In this document: piece after piece, positions 10,792-20,782 of the stretch
Position numbering within the stretch: the first letter of the stretch is position 1
How the letters are laid out: every line of letters begins with the position of its first letter
Assembly (NCBI GenBank): GCA_039028615.1
Contig: JBCCHT010000041.1
Location: 1-64,000, forward strand
From: Myxococcota bacterium
GTDB lineage: Bacteria > Myxococcota_A > Polyangia > Nannocystales > Nannocystaceae
Length of the DNA stretch: 64,000 nt
Direction of reading: 5' to 3'
The notes under the pieces: model-generated
Told to the model about the DNA's origin: nothing
What the model saw: only the letters and a program-made list of their open reading frames with translations
Database searches by the model: none
Position numbers and translations under genes: made by a program

Positions 10792-12618
10792 ATGACCATG
10801 TCCGACCGCATTCGTGAGCTCCGCGCTGCCTGCCTCCCCTTCGTGACCCGAAGCCTCCGGGGTGCGAGGGCCCGTCGTTTGTGGTTCGGGGCCGGCTTGC
10901 TCGCCCTGCTGGTGCTGATCTGCGGCACCTATATGGGCAAGTCCCCCGGCAGCATGGCCCGCGGGCTGCGGGTCGACTTCGGGCTGGAGGCCTCGCGCTG
11001 GGAACAGAGCGACCGCGACTTCAGCATCATCGTCGACACCCCGGACGAAAAGCTCCGTGTGATGCGACGAGCCGAGAGCAGCCCTCACGATCCCCCCGGC
11101 GGTCGCATCCACAACCGGGCCGTCCAGGGCTGGCTGCTGCTCGACCACGTCAGCGGACCCCACGTGATCCCGCCGCGGGACAAGCAAGGCCTGCAGCAGC
11201 GCGCCCGGGCCCTCCGCCATGCTCGCGTCGACCTGGCGCCCCCCGACCTCGCGCATCGTCGCCAGTACGAGCACTACAACTGGTACAGCCCGCAGGACCA
11301 GCAGCGACTCGAGGCGATCATCGATGCCGAGCTGAAGCCCTCGGTCGTCGTCTACAAGTCTCCGCTCGACGGCGCGACCACGCTGCGCCTCATCGGCACG
11401 ATGGCGGGTGGGCTGCTGCTGCTGCTCGCCATGGTCATCGCGCCGCTGTGGGTCGGCGTCAAGGTGGCGCAGGAGCTGCACGAGAACACCCTGCAGCCGC
11501 TGACCGGCACCGCACTGACCGCCCGCCAGCTGGTGATCGGGCTCATCGTGGGCGCCTTGGTCCCCGTGGCCATCGTCGCCACGCCCCTGGCCGCCATCGT
11601 GCTCGCCACCGCATTCGGCTGGGGCAGCCCGCTCCCCGCGGTGGGGCTGATGCTCGAGCTGGTCGCCATGTCGACCATGCTGATCGCGCTCGCGATGCTG
11701 GCCGCCATGTCGGCCGGTCGTCGGCGTGCGCCCGGCCTCATCGGCATCGCCCTGCTCGCGCTGCTCGGCGGCATGGCGCTGCTCGGCGCGTCCATCGGCC
11801 TGCACCTGTCGCCCGACACGCTCGGCGCGGTCACCCTGGCCCCCGCCGCGAGCTCGGCCCACCTGCTCGCCGAGACCTTCTTCCCCGTCAACCACTTCGG
11901 CTTCGACGATGCGCTCGGCCTCGACTTCCGCTTGGCCCTGGTCGCCGTGGGTGCGGCCGTGCTCTCGGCGATCGGACTCCGGGCCATCGAGCGGTCGATC
12001 AGCGGTGACAGCAAGTCCGGCGTGCTGCGTCGAGGTGAAGCTGGGCTGGCTGCGGCCGTGCTGATGGTGCTGGCCTCGGCGTCGATCCCCGAGCTCGACG
12101 ACTACGGCCCGACCGCGCTGCTCACCTTGGGCATCGCCATGACCCCGGTACTGCTGGTCTTCATGGGTCGGGTGCCCGGGGGCGACGTCCCGCCCTCGAT
12201 GCGGCGCATCCCGGTCAAGGCGTTGCTCGGCGAGCTCGCGGTGTGGTGCACCTTGCCGCTGCTGTTGGCGGTGCTCGTGTCCGCGGACCTGCCCGAGTTC
12301 CGGGCCGGCGCCATCGTGGGCACCTTGCACCTGCTGTGGGCCTTGGGCGTGTTCGGCCTCGTCGCCATCCGCATCGTGGCCCTGCCCACCACCATCCTCC
12401 AGAAGGTCTGGGTGGCGGTGTGCATCGGCTTCGCAGTCCTGGGCTACGTCACCGGCGCCATCTGGTGCTTCGAGCCGACCGAGATCGAGTTCCTGTTCCC
12501 CCTCGCCGCGGCGACACCGATCCTGGGGGTGGTGCACATCTCGCTATACATGTGGATCCCCGTCTCGTTGCTACAGCCGTTGTTGCCCCCTGCGGCTCCC
12601 GCTGACGCACAGGGGTGA
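10792..12618 (+). CDS. Polytopic membrane protein, probable ABC-2 permease partner
   Basis: More than 10 hydrophobic segments. The AQELHENTLQPLTGTALTARQLVIG motif resembles ABC-2 permease 'E.e.gTl..L..tp'. Lies 11 bp downstream of the ATPase. Confidence 0.7.
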   Translation: MTMSDRIRELRAACLPFVTRSLRGARARRLWFGAGLLALLVLICGTYMGKSPGSMARGLRVDFGLEASRWEQSDRDFSIIVDTPDEKLRVMRRAESSPHDPPGGRIHNRAVQGWLLLDHVSGPHVIPPRDKQGLQQRARALRHARVDLAPPDLAHRRQYEHYNWYSPQDQQRLEAIIDAELKPSVVVYKSPLDGATTLRLIGTMAGGLLLLLAMVIAPLWVGVKVAQELHENTLQPLTGTALTARQLVIGLIVGALVPVAIVATPLAAIVLATAFGWGSPLPAVGLMLELVAMSTMLIALAMLAAMSAGRRRAPGLIGIALLALLGGMALLGASIGLHLSPDTLGAVTLAPAASSAHLLAETFFPVNHFGFDDALGLDFRLALVAVGAAVLSAIGLRAIERSISGDSKSGVLRRGEAGLAAAVLMVLASASIPELDDYGPTALLTLGIAMTPVLLVFMGRVPGGDVPPSMRRIPVKALLGELAVWCTLPLLLAVLVSADLPEFRAGAIVGTLHLLWALGVFGLVAIRIVALPTTILQKVWVAVCIGFAVLGYVTGAIWCFEPTEIEFLFPLAAATPILGVVHISLYMWIPVSLLQPLLPPAAPADAQG

Positions 12619-12649
12619 GCCGAGCCCGCGATCTGCTACGCTGCCCGGC

Positions 12650-13225
12650 ATGCGACGACTCTTGCTCGCGTGGATGCCCCTTGTCGCGGTGTCATCGGCC
12701 GGCTGCGTCGGTGGCTCGGCCCCCGCTCCCGAAAAGGTCCCCGCACAATCGTCGGCCCCCAATGCGGCCGTGACCCCGGCCGACTCCGCCGCGGCCGGGC
12801 CGGCCGACGGCGCCCCCTCGGGCCCGGAAGCGGCCAAAGAGGCCGAGGCGCAGGCCCGACTCGAGGCCGACGCCGAGTACGTGCCGCCCGAGCTCACCGA
12901 AGAAGACCTCGCTCTCATCGCGGCCGACCCCAAAGACTTGACCCCGGAGATGCGGCGCAAGCGGGCCTACGCGCGGCGTCGCCAGATCATGCAGAACCCG
13001 GACTCGCCCACCGCCCGTGCGCTGCGGGACCTGTCCGCCGCCCATCAGTCGGGCAACCTCGACGTCGCGCCCAAGGGCAACGGCGTCTGGTTCCATACCC
13101 CGGGTAGCAAGCCCAAGGGGGGCATCCCGCCCGCGGGCTGGCGCCCCTCCGACGACGAGCCCAAAGAGTCCAAAGAAGAGGCCAGCACGCCTCCTTCCCC
13201 TCCCGCCGCGACGCCCTCGCCGTGA
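12650..13225 (+). CDS. Hypothetical lipoprotein
   Basis: Lipobox SAG-C, Pro/Ala-rich termini; GTGA overlap with the next gene. Confidence 0.7.
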   Translation: MRRLLLAWMPLVAVSSAGCVGGSAPAPEKVPAQSSAPNAAVTPADSAAAGPADGAPSGPEAAKEAEAQARLEADAEYVPPELTEEDLALIAADPKDLTPEMRRKRAYARRRQIMQNPDSPTARALRDLSAAHQSGNLDVAPKGNGVWFHTPGSKPKGGIPPAGWRPSDDEPKESKEEASTPPSPPAATPSP

Positions 13226-14016
13226 ACGCCACGGCAGCAGTCGAGGTCGCCCCCGGCTTTCGGACGCAAGTCGGAGCCCACGGGATTCAGCACTGGTGGC
13301 TGAGCAACGAAGCCCGCCGCAACGCGGTGAGCCCCGCCGCCCTCGAGTGGATCGCCATGGCCTGCGCAGGCCTGCGCGGCGAAGTCGTGGTGCTGCGGGG
13401 CGCGGGCGGCCGCGCCTTCTGTGCCGGGTTCGACCTCACCGCGCTGACGGTCCCCGCGCCCGAGGGCAGCCTCCCCGACTCACCGCTCATCGCCGCCACC
13501 ACGGCGATGCAGCAGGCCGACGCGACCTTCGTCGCCGTGATCGAGGGCTATGCCATCGGGGCCGGCGTCGAGCTGGCGTGCGCCTGTGACCTGAGAATCG
13601 CTCGCCAGGGGGCATTTTTCGCCATTCCTGCCGCCGAGCTCGGCGTCGTCTATCACGCCCACGGCCTGCAAACGATCCGCGAGGTCTTCGGCCCCGCCGG
13701 GGTTCGTCGCCTGTTGCTGCTGGGCGACCGCATCACCGCCCAGGAGGCCTACGACGCGGGGGCGCTGGTTCGCCTGCCGGACACCGAAAGCCTCGAGAGC
13801 ACCGTCGACGACGTCATCGCTCGCCTCCGCCGGGCCGCACCGCTGTCGATTCAGGGCAACCGCGATCTGCTGCGCACGCTCGATCGCGGGCCAGTGCCTC
13901 CCGAGGTCGCGACCGAGCACGAAGCTCGACGTCGCGCCTCGTATACGAGCGAAGATCAGGTCGAAGCCCGGCAGGCCCGGCTCCAAGGTCGTCGCCCCAA
14001 GTTCCGCGGGCGCTGA
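13222..14016 (+). CDS. Enoyl-CoA hydratase/isomerase (crotonase) family
   Basis: RRNAVS, AFCAGFDL, GYAIGAGVELACACDLRIA, C-terminal RRPKFRGR. Confidence 0.92.
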   Translation: MNATAAVEVAPGFRTQVGAHGIQHWWLSNEARRNAVSPAALEWIAMACAGLRGEVVVLRGAGGRAFCAGFDLTALTVPAPEGSLPDSPLIAATTAMQQADATFVAVIEGYAIGAGVELACACDLRIARQGAFFAIPAAELGVVYHAHGLQTIREVFGPAGVRRLLLLGDRITAQEAYDAGALVRLPDTESLESTVDDVIARLRRAAPLSIQGNRDLLRTLDRGPVPPEVATEHEARRRASYTSEDQVEARQARLQGRRPKFRGR

Positions 14017-14182
14017 GCCGCCCGACCAGGTGGGCGCCGTGGGGTCGCGAGCACCCGATGGCTCGCGAGCGCGCCCGGGTGCGCGATGGCCTTCACGCGT
14101 CCAAGTCACCCGGGAAATGGACATCCCGCGCGTGCATTCGCGGTACTGTGGCAGCGTTTCGTAGCAACCCAGGAGTACGCCC

Positions 14183-15523
14183 TTGTCGAGCGCCGTCGAT
14201 ACATTCATGGAGCGAGTTCGGTCAAAGAACCCCGCGGAGGACGAGTTCCTTCAAGCGGTCCGGGAAGTCGCCGAGTCGGTCATGCCGCTGGTCGAGACCA
14301 CCCCCGCCTATCGCCAGGCCAAGATCCTCGAGCGCATGGTGGAGCCGGAGCGCGTGCTGATGTTCCGCGTGCCCTGGGTCGACGACCGCGGGGAGATCCA
14401 TGTCAACCGTGGCTTCCGCGTGGAGATGAGCAGCGCCATCGGCCCCTACAAAGGCGGCCTGCGGTTCCACCCCAGCGTCACGCTGGGCACGCTCAAGTTC
14501 CTCGCCTTCGAGCAGGTCTTCAAGAACAGCCTGACCACGCTGCCGCTGGGCGGGGGCAAGGGCGGGTCGGACTTCGATCCCAAGGGCAAGAGCGATGGCG
14601 AGGTCATGCGCTTTTGTCAGTCCTTCATGTCGGAGCTGTTCCGCCACATCGGGCCCAACACCGACGTGCCCGCGGGCGACGTCGGGGTCGGCGGTCGCGA
14701 GATCGGCTACCTCTTCGGCCAGTACAAAAAGCTCAGCAACACCTTCACCGGGGTCCTCACCGGCAAGGGCCTGGGCTGGGGCGGCTCCCTCATCCGCCCC
14801 GAAGCGACCGGCTACGGCGCGGTCTACTTCGCCCAGGAGATGCTCGCCCACCGCGACGACGGCCTGAAGGACAAGGTCGCCACCGTGTCCGGCTCGGGCA
14901 ACGTCGCCCAGTTCGCCGTCGAGAAGCTCAACGAGCTCGGGGCCAAGGTCGTGACCATGTCCGACTCCAACGGCACCATCGTCGACGAGGCGGGCATCGG
15001 CCCCGACAAGCTCGCCTGGATCATGGAACTCAAAAACCAGCGCCGCGGTCGGATCCGGGAGTACGCCGAGAAGTTCCCCGGCAGCCAGTACCTCGAGGGC
15101 GAGCGGCCGTGGAAGGTGCCCTGCGCCATCGCCCTGCCCTGCGCCATCCAGAACGAAATCTCGGCCGACGACGCCAAGACGCTGCTGGACAACGGCTGCA
15201 ACTGCATCTCCGAAGGCGCCAACATGCCCACCGTGCCCGCGGGGGTCGAGCTGTTCCTCGATGCGAAGGTGCTCTACGGTCCGGGCAAGGCCGCCAACGC
15301 AGGCGGGGTGGCGACCTCGGGCCTCGAGATGTCGCAGAACGCGACCCACCTCAACTGGACCCGTAAGGAAGTCGACGCGCGCCTGCACCTCATCATGAAG
15401 TCGATCCACGCCGCGTGCGTCGAGCACGGCACCGACAAGGATCACGTCGACTACGTGCGCGGGGCCAACATCGCAGGCTTCATCAAGGTCGCCGACGCGA
15501 TGATCGACCACGGTGTGGTCTGA
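14183..15523 (+). CDS. gdhA: NADP-specific glutamate dehydrogenase
   Basis: GPYKGGLRFHPSV, GGGKGGSDFDPK, DVPAGDVGVG, RPEATGYG, GSGNVAQ, EGANMP, KAANAGGV. AGGAG RBS upstream of a TTG start. Confidence 0.97.
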   Translation: MSSAVDTFMERVRSKNPAEDEFLQAVREVAESVMPLVETTPAYRQAKILERMVEPERVLMFRVPWVDDRGEIHVNRGFRVEMSSAIGPYKGGLRFHPSVTLGTLKFLAFEQVFKNSLTTLPLGGGKGGSDFDPKGKSDGEVMRFCQSFMSELFRHIGPNTDVPAGDVGVGGREIGYLFGQYKKLSNTFTGVLTGKGLGWGGSLIRPEATGYGAVYFAQEMLAHRDDGLKDKVATVSGSGNVAQFAVEKLNELGAKVVTMSDSNGTIVDEAGIGPDKLAWIMELKNQRRGRIREYAEKFPGSQYLEGERPWKVPCAIALPCAIQNEISADDAKTLLDNGCNCISEGANMPTVPAGVELFLDAKVLYGPGKAANAGGVATSGLEMSQNATHLNWTRKEVDARLHLIMKSIHAACVEHGTDKDHVDYVRGANIAGFIKVADAMIDHGVV

Positions 15524-18491
15524 CCACCTGCAGGGCCTGGTCCCCAACCGGGTCCAGGAGATTCTGCTCGTCTCGTCGGCCTACGACGCCTTCGTCCTCG
15601 AAGAGGGCGGAGCGCTGACCGACCGGCTCTTCACCGAGTACAGCGAGCTTCAGCTCTCCGGCGTGCCGCGGGTCACCCACGTGACCTCGGCCGCGGGGGC
15701 GCTCACGCTGCTGGGGCAGCGGCGCTTCGACATGGTGGTGACCGTCGTCCGCGTCGAGGACACGGGGGTCACCGAGCTGAGCCAGCGGATCCGGGCCGCC
15801 CACCCCGAGCTGCCCATCGTCCTGCTCACCTTCGACGAGAGCGACCTCGACCACTTCCCGCACGGACGCCTGCCGCCGACCATCGACCGGGCGTTCTTGT
15901 GGACGGGGGACGCCCGCACGCTGCTCGCCGCCATCAAGCTGACCGAGGACCGCCTCAACGTCGACCACGACGCGGCGGGCGGGGTGCACGTGATCTTGCT
16001 GGTCGAGGATCACCTGCGCGTCTACTCCAACTTCCTCGCGATGCTCTACCCGGAGCTTCTGTCGCAGACGCAATCGATCATCGGTGACGGGCTCAACGAC
16101 GCCGAGCGGGTGACCCGGATGCGCATGCGCCCCAAGATCCTGCTGGCGCACTCCTACGAGGAGGGCCTCGCCCTGTTCGAGACCCACCGCGAGCACCTGA
16201 TGGCGCTCATCAGCGACGTCCGCTTTCGCAAGGGGGGCAAGGAGACGGCGGACGCGGGCCTGCTGCTGGCGCGGCACGTGGCGGAGCAGCTGCCCTGGCT
16301 GCCCACGCTGCTGCAATCCACCGAGGCTCAGGACCCCGACGCCCTGCCCCCGCGCACTTGGTTCTTGGACAAGCGCTCCCCGACCTACCGCGCGGGCCTG
16401 CGGGGTTTTCTGGAGGTGCGGCTCGGCTTCGGCGACTTCGTGTTTCGACTCCCCAACGACAAGCAGGTGGGGCGGGCCAGCGACATCTTCGAGCTCTACC
16501 ACGCGATCGAGACGGTGCCCGCGACGTCGTTGGCCATGCACGCGGGGCAGAACGATTTTTCGACCTGGCTGACCGCGCGCAGCCGTCATCGCCTGGCGGC
16601 CAAGCTGCGCGCCCAGTCCTCCGACGAATTCGACGACCCCGAGGGCATTCGCCAGTACCTGCTCGACGTCATCGGCCAAGCGCGGCGACGCGAGCAGGAG
16701 GGGGTCATCGCCGACTTCGTGGCGCGGCGCACCGGACCGCAAAATCGCTTCGTTCGCCTCGGCACGGGCTCGCTGGGCGGCAAGGGTCGTAGCGTCGCGT
16801 TCTTGGCGGCACAGATCGTCCGCCACGGCCTGCTCGACAAGTACCCCGGCATCGAGATTCGAATCCCCAAGACGGTCGTGCTCGGCACCGACGTGTTCGA
16901 CGAGTTCATGGCGCAGTACGACCTGCGCGAGCTGTTCGATGTCGAAGACGACGCCGAAATCCTGTCACGGATCCTCGCCGGTCAGCTGCCCCAAGCGGTC
17001 CTGCTCGACCTGCCCACGCCCATGGCGAGGCTCCGGGGGCCCATCGCGGTGCGTTCGTCCAGCATCGTGGAGGACTCGCGTTTTCAGCCCTTCGCGGGCG
17101 TCTACGCGACCTACATGCTGCCCAACAACCACCCCGATCCCGAGGTGCGCTTCCAGGAGCTATGCCGCGCCATCAAGGGGGTGTACGCGTCGGCGTTCTC
17201 TCGCGAGGCTCGCAACTACGCCGCGGGCACGCCCCACGCCATCGCCGGCCAGAAGATGGCGGTGGTGATCCAGCAGGTCGTCGGCCAGACCCACGGCAGC
17301 CGGCACTACCCCAACGCGTCCGGCGTGGCCCAGTCGCACAACGACTACCCCATCGGCAGCCAGATCGCCGAGGACGGCGTCGCGGTCATCGCCCTGGGCA
17401 TGGGAGAGACGGTCGTCAGCGGTCGCTCGGCCCTGCGTTTTTCCCCGGGGGCTCCCGGTGTGCTCCCGCAATTTCCCACCGCGCGCGCCATGTTCCGTGG
17501 CTCGCAGACCGAGTACTACGCGGTGGACCTCAGCCGCTCGCGACTCGACCTGCACGCCGGCCCCGACAGCTCGCTGGTGCTGTGTACGCTGGCCGACGCC
17601 GAGGCCGACGGCACGCTAGCCCCCGTCGCCAGCGTGTACTCGGCCCAGGACGACATGATCCGCGACAACCTCAAGCTCGCGGGGCCGCGGGTGGTGTCGT
17701 TTCGCAACCTGCTCGAGTGGAACTCGGTGCCGCTGGCCCCCGCGCTCGAGGGGCTGCTCAAGCTGCTGCGAGAGTCGATGGGCGGCGAGGTCGAGCTCGA
17801 GTTCGCCCTCGATCTGGCCGACTGGGGCACCTACGTCCGACGCGGGCCTCGTCGTACGCCGCGGCTGTTCTTGCTGCAGGCCCGGCCGCTGGCCTCACCC
17901 GAGCTGTATCCGCTGGACGTCGATCTCGAGCGGATCGGCGAGGGCGAGATTTTGTGCCGGACCGAGTGTTCGCTGGGGCACGGGGCCATCGATGGCATCC
18001 GCGACATCGTGTACGTGCAGCGCGACGACCCGCCCGCCACCATCACCCCCGCCATCGCGCGGGAGGTCGGGGCACTCAACACCGAGCTCCAGGCCGCGCG
18101 GCGCCCCTACCTGCTGATCGGACCCGGCCGCTGGGGCACCTCGGACCCGGCGATGGGCGTGCCGGTCGAGTACTCGGACATCGCGGGCGCGCGGGTGATC
18201 GTGGAGACAGCCATGGGTCACCGACCGGTCGAGCACTCGCAGGGCACCCACTTCTTCCAGAACGTCACCTCGCGACGCATCGGCTACCTGACCGTCGCTC
18301 CGCGCTTCGACGGCACGCTGGACCGACCATGGCTGGCCACGCTGCCCAGCGCCCACGACGGCGAGCATGTGCGGCACGTCCAGCTGGAGACCCCGCTCTC
18401 CGTGCACCTGGACGGTCGCAAGCGCCGGGCCGTGATCCTCAAGCACCCCCGGCCCGCGCCGCACGACGACGACTTCGAAGAGCCCTACTGA
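15513..18491 (+). CDS. Receiver-like domains fused to a PEP/pyruvate-binding (PPDK_N, ATP-grasp) domain; function unknown
   Basis: Two REC-like N-terminal units (ILLVSS.YD; VILLVED...ISDVRF). PPDK_N motifs LGGKG, IAVRSSS..EDS...FAG.Y, MAVVIQQ, ELEFA, LLQARP. C-terminal GPGRWG...SQGTHFF. Overlaps the gdhA stop by 11 nt. Confidence 0.85.
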   Translation: MWSDHLQGLVPNRVQEILLVSSAYDAFVLEEGGALTDRLFTEYSELQLSGVPRVTHVTSAAGALTLLGQRRFDMVVTVVRVEDTGVTELSQRIRAAHPELPIVLLTFDESDLDHFPHGRLPPTIDRAFLWTGDARTLLAAIKLTEDRLNVDHDAAGGVHVILLVEDHLRVYSNFLAMLYPELLSQTQSIIGDGLNDAERVTRMRMRPKILLAHSYEEGLALFETHREHLMALISDVRFRKGGKETADAGLLLARHVAEQLPWLPTLLQSTEAQDPDALPPRTWFLDKRSPTYRAGLRGFLEVRLGFGDFVFRLPNDKQVGRASDIFELYHAIETVPATSLAMHAGQNDFSTWLTARSRHRLAAKLRAQSSDEFDDPEGIRQYLLDVIGQARRREQEGVIADFVARRTGPQNRFVRLGTGSLGGKGRSVAFLAAQIVRHGLLDKYPGIEIRIPKTVVLGTDVFDEFMAQYDLRELFDVEDDAEILSRILAGQLPQAVLLDLPTPMARLRGPIAVRSSSIVEDSRFQPFAGVYATYMLPNNHPDPEVRFQELCRAIKGVYASAFSREARNYAAGTPHAIAGQKMAVVIQQVVGQTHGSRHYPNASGVAQSHNDYPIGSQIAEDGVAVIALGMGETVVSGRSALRFSPGAPGVLPQFPTARAMFRGSQTEYYAVDLSRSRLDLHAGPDSSLVLCTLADAEADGTLAPVASVYSAQDDMIRDNLKLAGPRVVSFRNLLEWNSVPLAPALEGLLKLLRESMGGEVELEFALDLADWGTYVRRGPRRTPRLFLLQARPLASPELYPLDVDLERIGEGEILCRTECSLGHGAIDGIRDIVYVQRDDPPATITPAIAREVGALNTELQAARRPYLLIGPGRWGTSDPAMGVPVEYSDIAGARVIVETAMGHRPVEHSQGTHFFQNVTSRRIGYLTVAPRFDGTLDRPWLATLPSAHDGEHVRHVQLETPLSVHLDGRKRRAVILKHPRPAPHDDDFEEPY

Positions 18492-18500
18492 CCTCGGAAC

Positions 18501-20648
18501 TCAGAAGTTGATGCTGCCCGCCACGCGCACCATCCGGGGTGGGCCCGCGACATAGTGAATCGTCGGCAGGCGGCTGGCGGCCTGGCTGCGATCCCAATAG
18601 GAGGCGAAGTGATACTCGCCGTCGCGCCAGCGCGTGCCCAGCAGGTTGTCCACGCTCAGATCGACGCCGAACCACTTCCACTGGTAGCCCACGGAGGCGT
18701 CGACCACCGTCACTGCGCCCGCGGTGGCGCCGTACGACAACGGGCGGCGCCCCATCGCGAACCATCGCAGCCCCGCGCGCCAGCCCTTGGGGTGCATCAG
18801 CGTGCCCTGCACCTGGGCGAGCAGCGGCGGCGCGCCGGGGATCGGTGCCCCCGTCTGCGAGAAGCGAGCATGGTTGCCCACGAGCGACAGGCCGAGCCCC
18901 ATCCACGGGGTGGGACGAACCTGCACGTCGGCTTCGACGCCCAGCCGTCGCGAGGCGCCCCGCTCGATGTTGAAGCCCGAGACGTGGTCGAACACGCTCT
19001 CGCGCCCGATCCAGGTGCCGAACATCGCCGCGCCGAAGTCCAAAAAATGAGCGGGCTGCCAGCGCGCGCCGACCTCGGCGCCATCGGCCAGCGTCATGCG
19101 TGGCTGGCCGCCGCGGAAGCGATCGAGTTCGACGTCCTCGGGCACCTCGGTCGGCAACGTGTGAGCCCGAGCCTCCGGGGGCCGGAAGCCGCGACCGTAC
19201 GAGGCAAACAACTGCCATCGCGACCCGAGCAGGGCCTGGGCGGCGAACCGCGGCGCCGCGGCCACCTGGGTCCCCGTAAAGACCTGGTCCGCCTGCAGAC
19301 GATCGCGAACCCGAGAGTGCACCGCCTCGACCCGCACGCCGGCCTCCATGCGCAGCCAGGGCAGCGTCCGCCAGCGCAAGCCGGGGCCGATGCCGAGCTC
19401 GTGCTGCTGCACCAGCTGATCGTGACTCACCCCCCACCGCTGCCCGGTGGTCGTCACCCGATCGATGCGTTGGTCGAGAGCGGTCCCCGTCCAGTGCCCC
19501 TCGAGCCGCAGGCCGAGCTTGGGGTGCGCCTGCCACCATCCATGCAGTCGTAGGCCGCCGATGCCCGCGTCCTGGGACTGCACGTTGCGATCGCCGTACG
19601 CAGCGCGCGGGTCGTCCCGACCGAACTCGGAGTCGGTGCCGGAGAAGCCGGTGAAGTTCTCGTCGAGCGACAACCGCCGGGCTTGGGCATGCGCGGTGAC
19701 GGCCAGGCCTCCTTTGTCGCGCTCGACGCCCGCCTTCACGCTGGCGATGGCGCGCGACGACTCGCCGCCCGTATCGTGCAGGTGCGCATCGTAGAAACCG
19801 ACGCGCCCCGTCTTGTAGTCGTCCAGCCGCAGCGTGCCCGGCAGGCCGAAACGAGCGGTGTAGACCCCACCGAGCGCATCGACCCACGCTCCCCGGCCTT
19901 CCCACAGACGGGCCTTGCCCAGGGTCGACAGCCCCTGCGCCTCGCGATTCTCTCCGTAGCCCCGATCGGTGAAGGCAGAGACGGCCACGAAGGTCTCTTC
20001 GCCTCGGTCCTTGGGCGCGTGCACGACCACCGCGCGGTGACGGCCGGTCGAGCCGAACTCGTAGCCGGCCCGAGTCCCCCGCAGCGGCCCGGGCACGCCG
20101 AGCCGATACTCGACCGATCCCGCGGTGGCGAAGGCTCCCTGCTCGAGCCGCGCCGAGCCTTTTTTCACCTCGAGCTGCTGCACGACCTCGGGGATCACGA
20201 ACGACAGATCGAGATACCCGTGCGCGTGCACGTTGGAGCGCTCGTTCATCGGGATGTCGTCCACGAGCAGCTCGAGGTCGGCCCCGTGGGCCGCGTCGAA
20301 GCCTCGGATGTAGTACTGCTGGCCCTTGCCCTGGTTGCCGTGCTGCACGACGAGCATGCCCGGCACCAAGCGCAGCAAGTCCTCGGCGCTGCGCTTGGGC
20401 GTGGTACGAATGGTGGCCGAGTCGACCCGGTGCGAGGTCGCGGTGAGCCCATCGCCGCTGGTGGTCTCGACGGTGACGACCCGGGTCTCGTCGGCGGCGG
20501 GCGGGGCAGCAGCAGGCTCGGCCTCGCGCTCCGCCTCCCCTTCGCTCGGAACCTCGTCGGTGGGGTCGGCCGCATGGGCGCGCGCCGAGAGCCCCAGCGA
20601 GAGGCAGGAAACGAGCAGCAGCGGCCCGGTGGTGTGCAATCTCGGCAT
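18501..20648 (-). CDS. TonB-dependent receptor with His-rich plug
   Basis: Signal peptide (..ARAHA). Plug motifs LLRLVPG, YYIRGFDAAHGAD, NERSNVHAHGYLDL..IPE, LEVKKG. C-terminal VDNLL..Y and a terminal Phe. Confidence 0.93.
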   Translation of the reverse strand: MPRLHTTGPLLLVSCLSLGLSARAHAADPTDEVPSEGEAEREAEPAAAPPAADETRVVTVETTSGDGLTATSHRVDSATIRTTPKRSAEDLLRLVPGMLVVQHGNQGKGQQYYIRGFDAAHGADLELLVDDIPMNERSNVHAHGYLDLSFVIPEVVQQLEVKKGSARLEQGAFATAGSVEYRLGVPGPLRGTRAGYEFGSTGRHRAVVVHAPKDRGEETFVAVSAFTDRGYGENREAQGLSTLGKARLWEGRGAWVDALGGVYTARFGLPGTLRLDDYKTGRVGFYDAHLHDTGGESSRAIASVKAGVERDKGGLAVTAHAQARRLSLDENFTGFSGTDSEFGRDDPRAAYGDRNVQSQDAGIGGLRLHGWWQAHPKLGLRLEGHWTGTALDQRIDRVTTTGQRWGVSHDQLVQQHELGIGPGLRWRTLPWLRMEAGVRVEAVHSRVRDRLQADQVFTGTQVAAAPRFAAQALLGSRWQLFASYGRGFRPPEARAHTLPTEVPEDVELDRFRGGQPRMTLADGAEVGARWQPAHFLDFGAAMFGTWIGRESVFDHVSGFNIERGASRRLGVEADVQVRPTPWMGLGLSLVGNHARFSQTGAPIPGAPPLLAQVQGTLMHPKGWRAGLRWFAMGRRPLSYGATAGAVTVVDASVGYQWKWFGVDLSVDNLLGTRWRDGEYHFASYWDRSQAASRLPTIHYVAGPPRMVRVAGSINF

Positions 20649-20782
20649 GCGCGCGCCGGGTACGAGCCAGACCCCCGAACGGTTCGATGACACCGCCGAC
20701 AATGTGGGTCGATCCAGACGAGGCGGACCACCGTATGCACCGCAGACCCCCCGCTGCGGGCCCCCTTCCCCCTGAAACTGCC

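Noticed and set aside
14149..14166. TGGCAGCGTTTCGTAGC as a sigma54 promoter for gdhA
   Set aside because: GG-to-GC spacing is 12 nt, incompatible with the strict 10.
20600..20782. Possible cobalamin riboswitch (GAGCCAGAC resembles a B12 box) near the TonB receptor
   Set aside because: The other conserved elements (GGGAA..GGTG.AA.TCC, GCCACTG, GGGAAG) are not found in order, and the element would overlap the TBDR start on the other strand.
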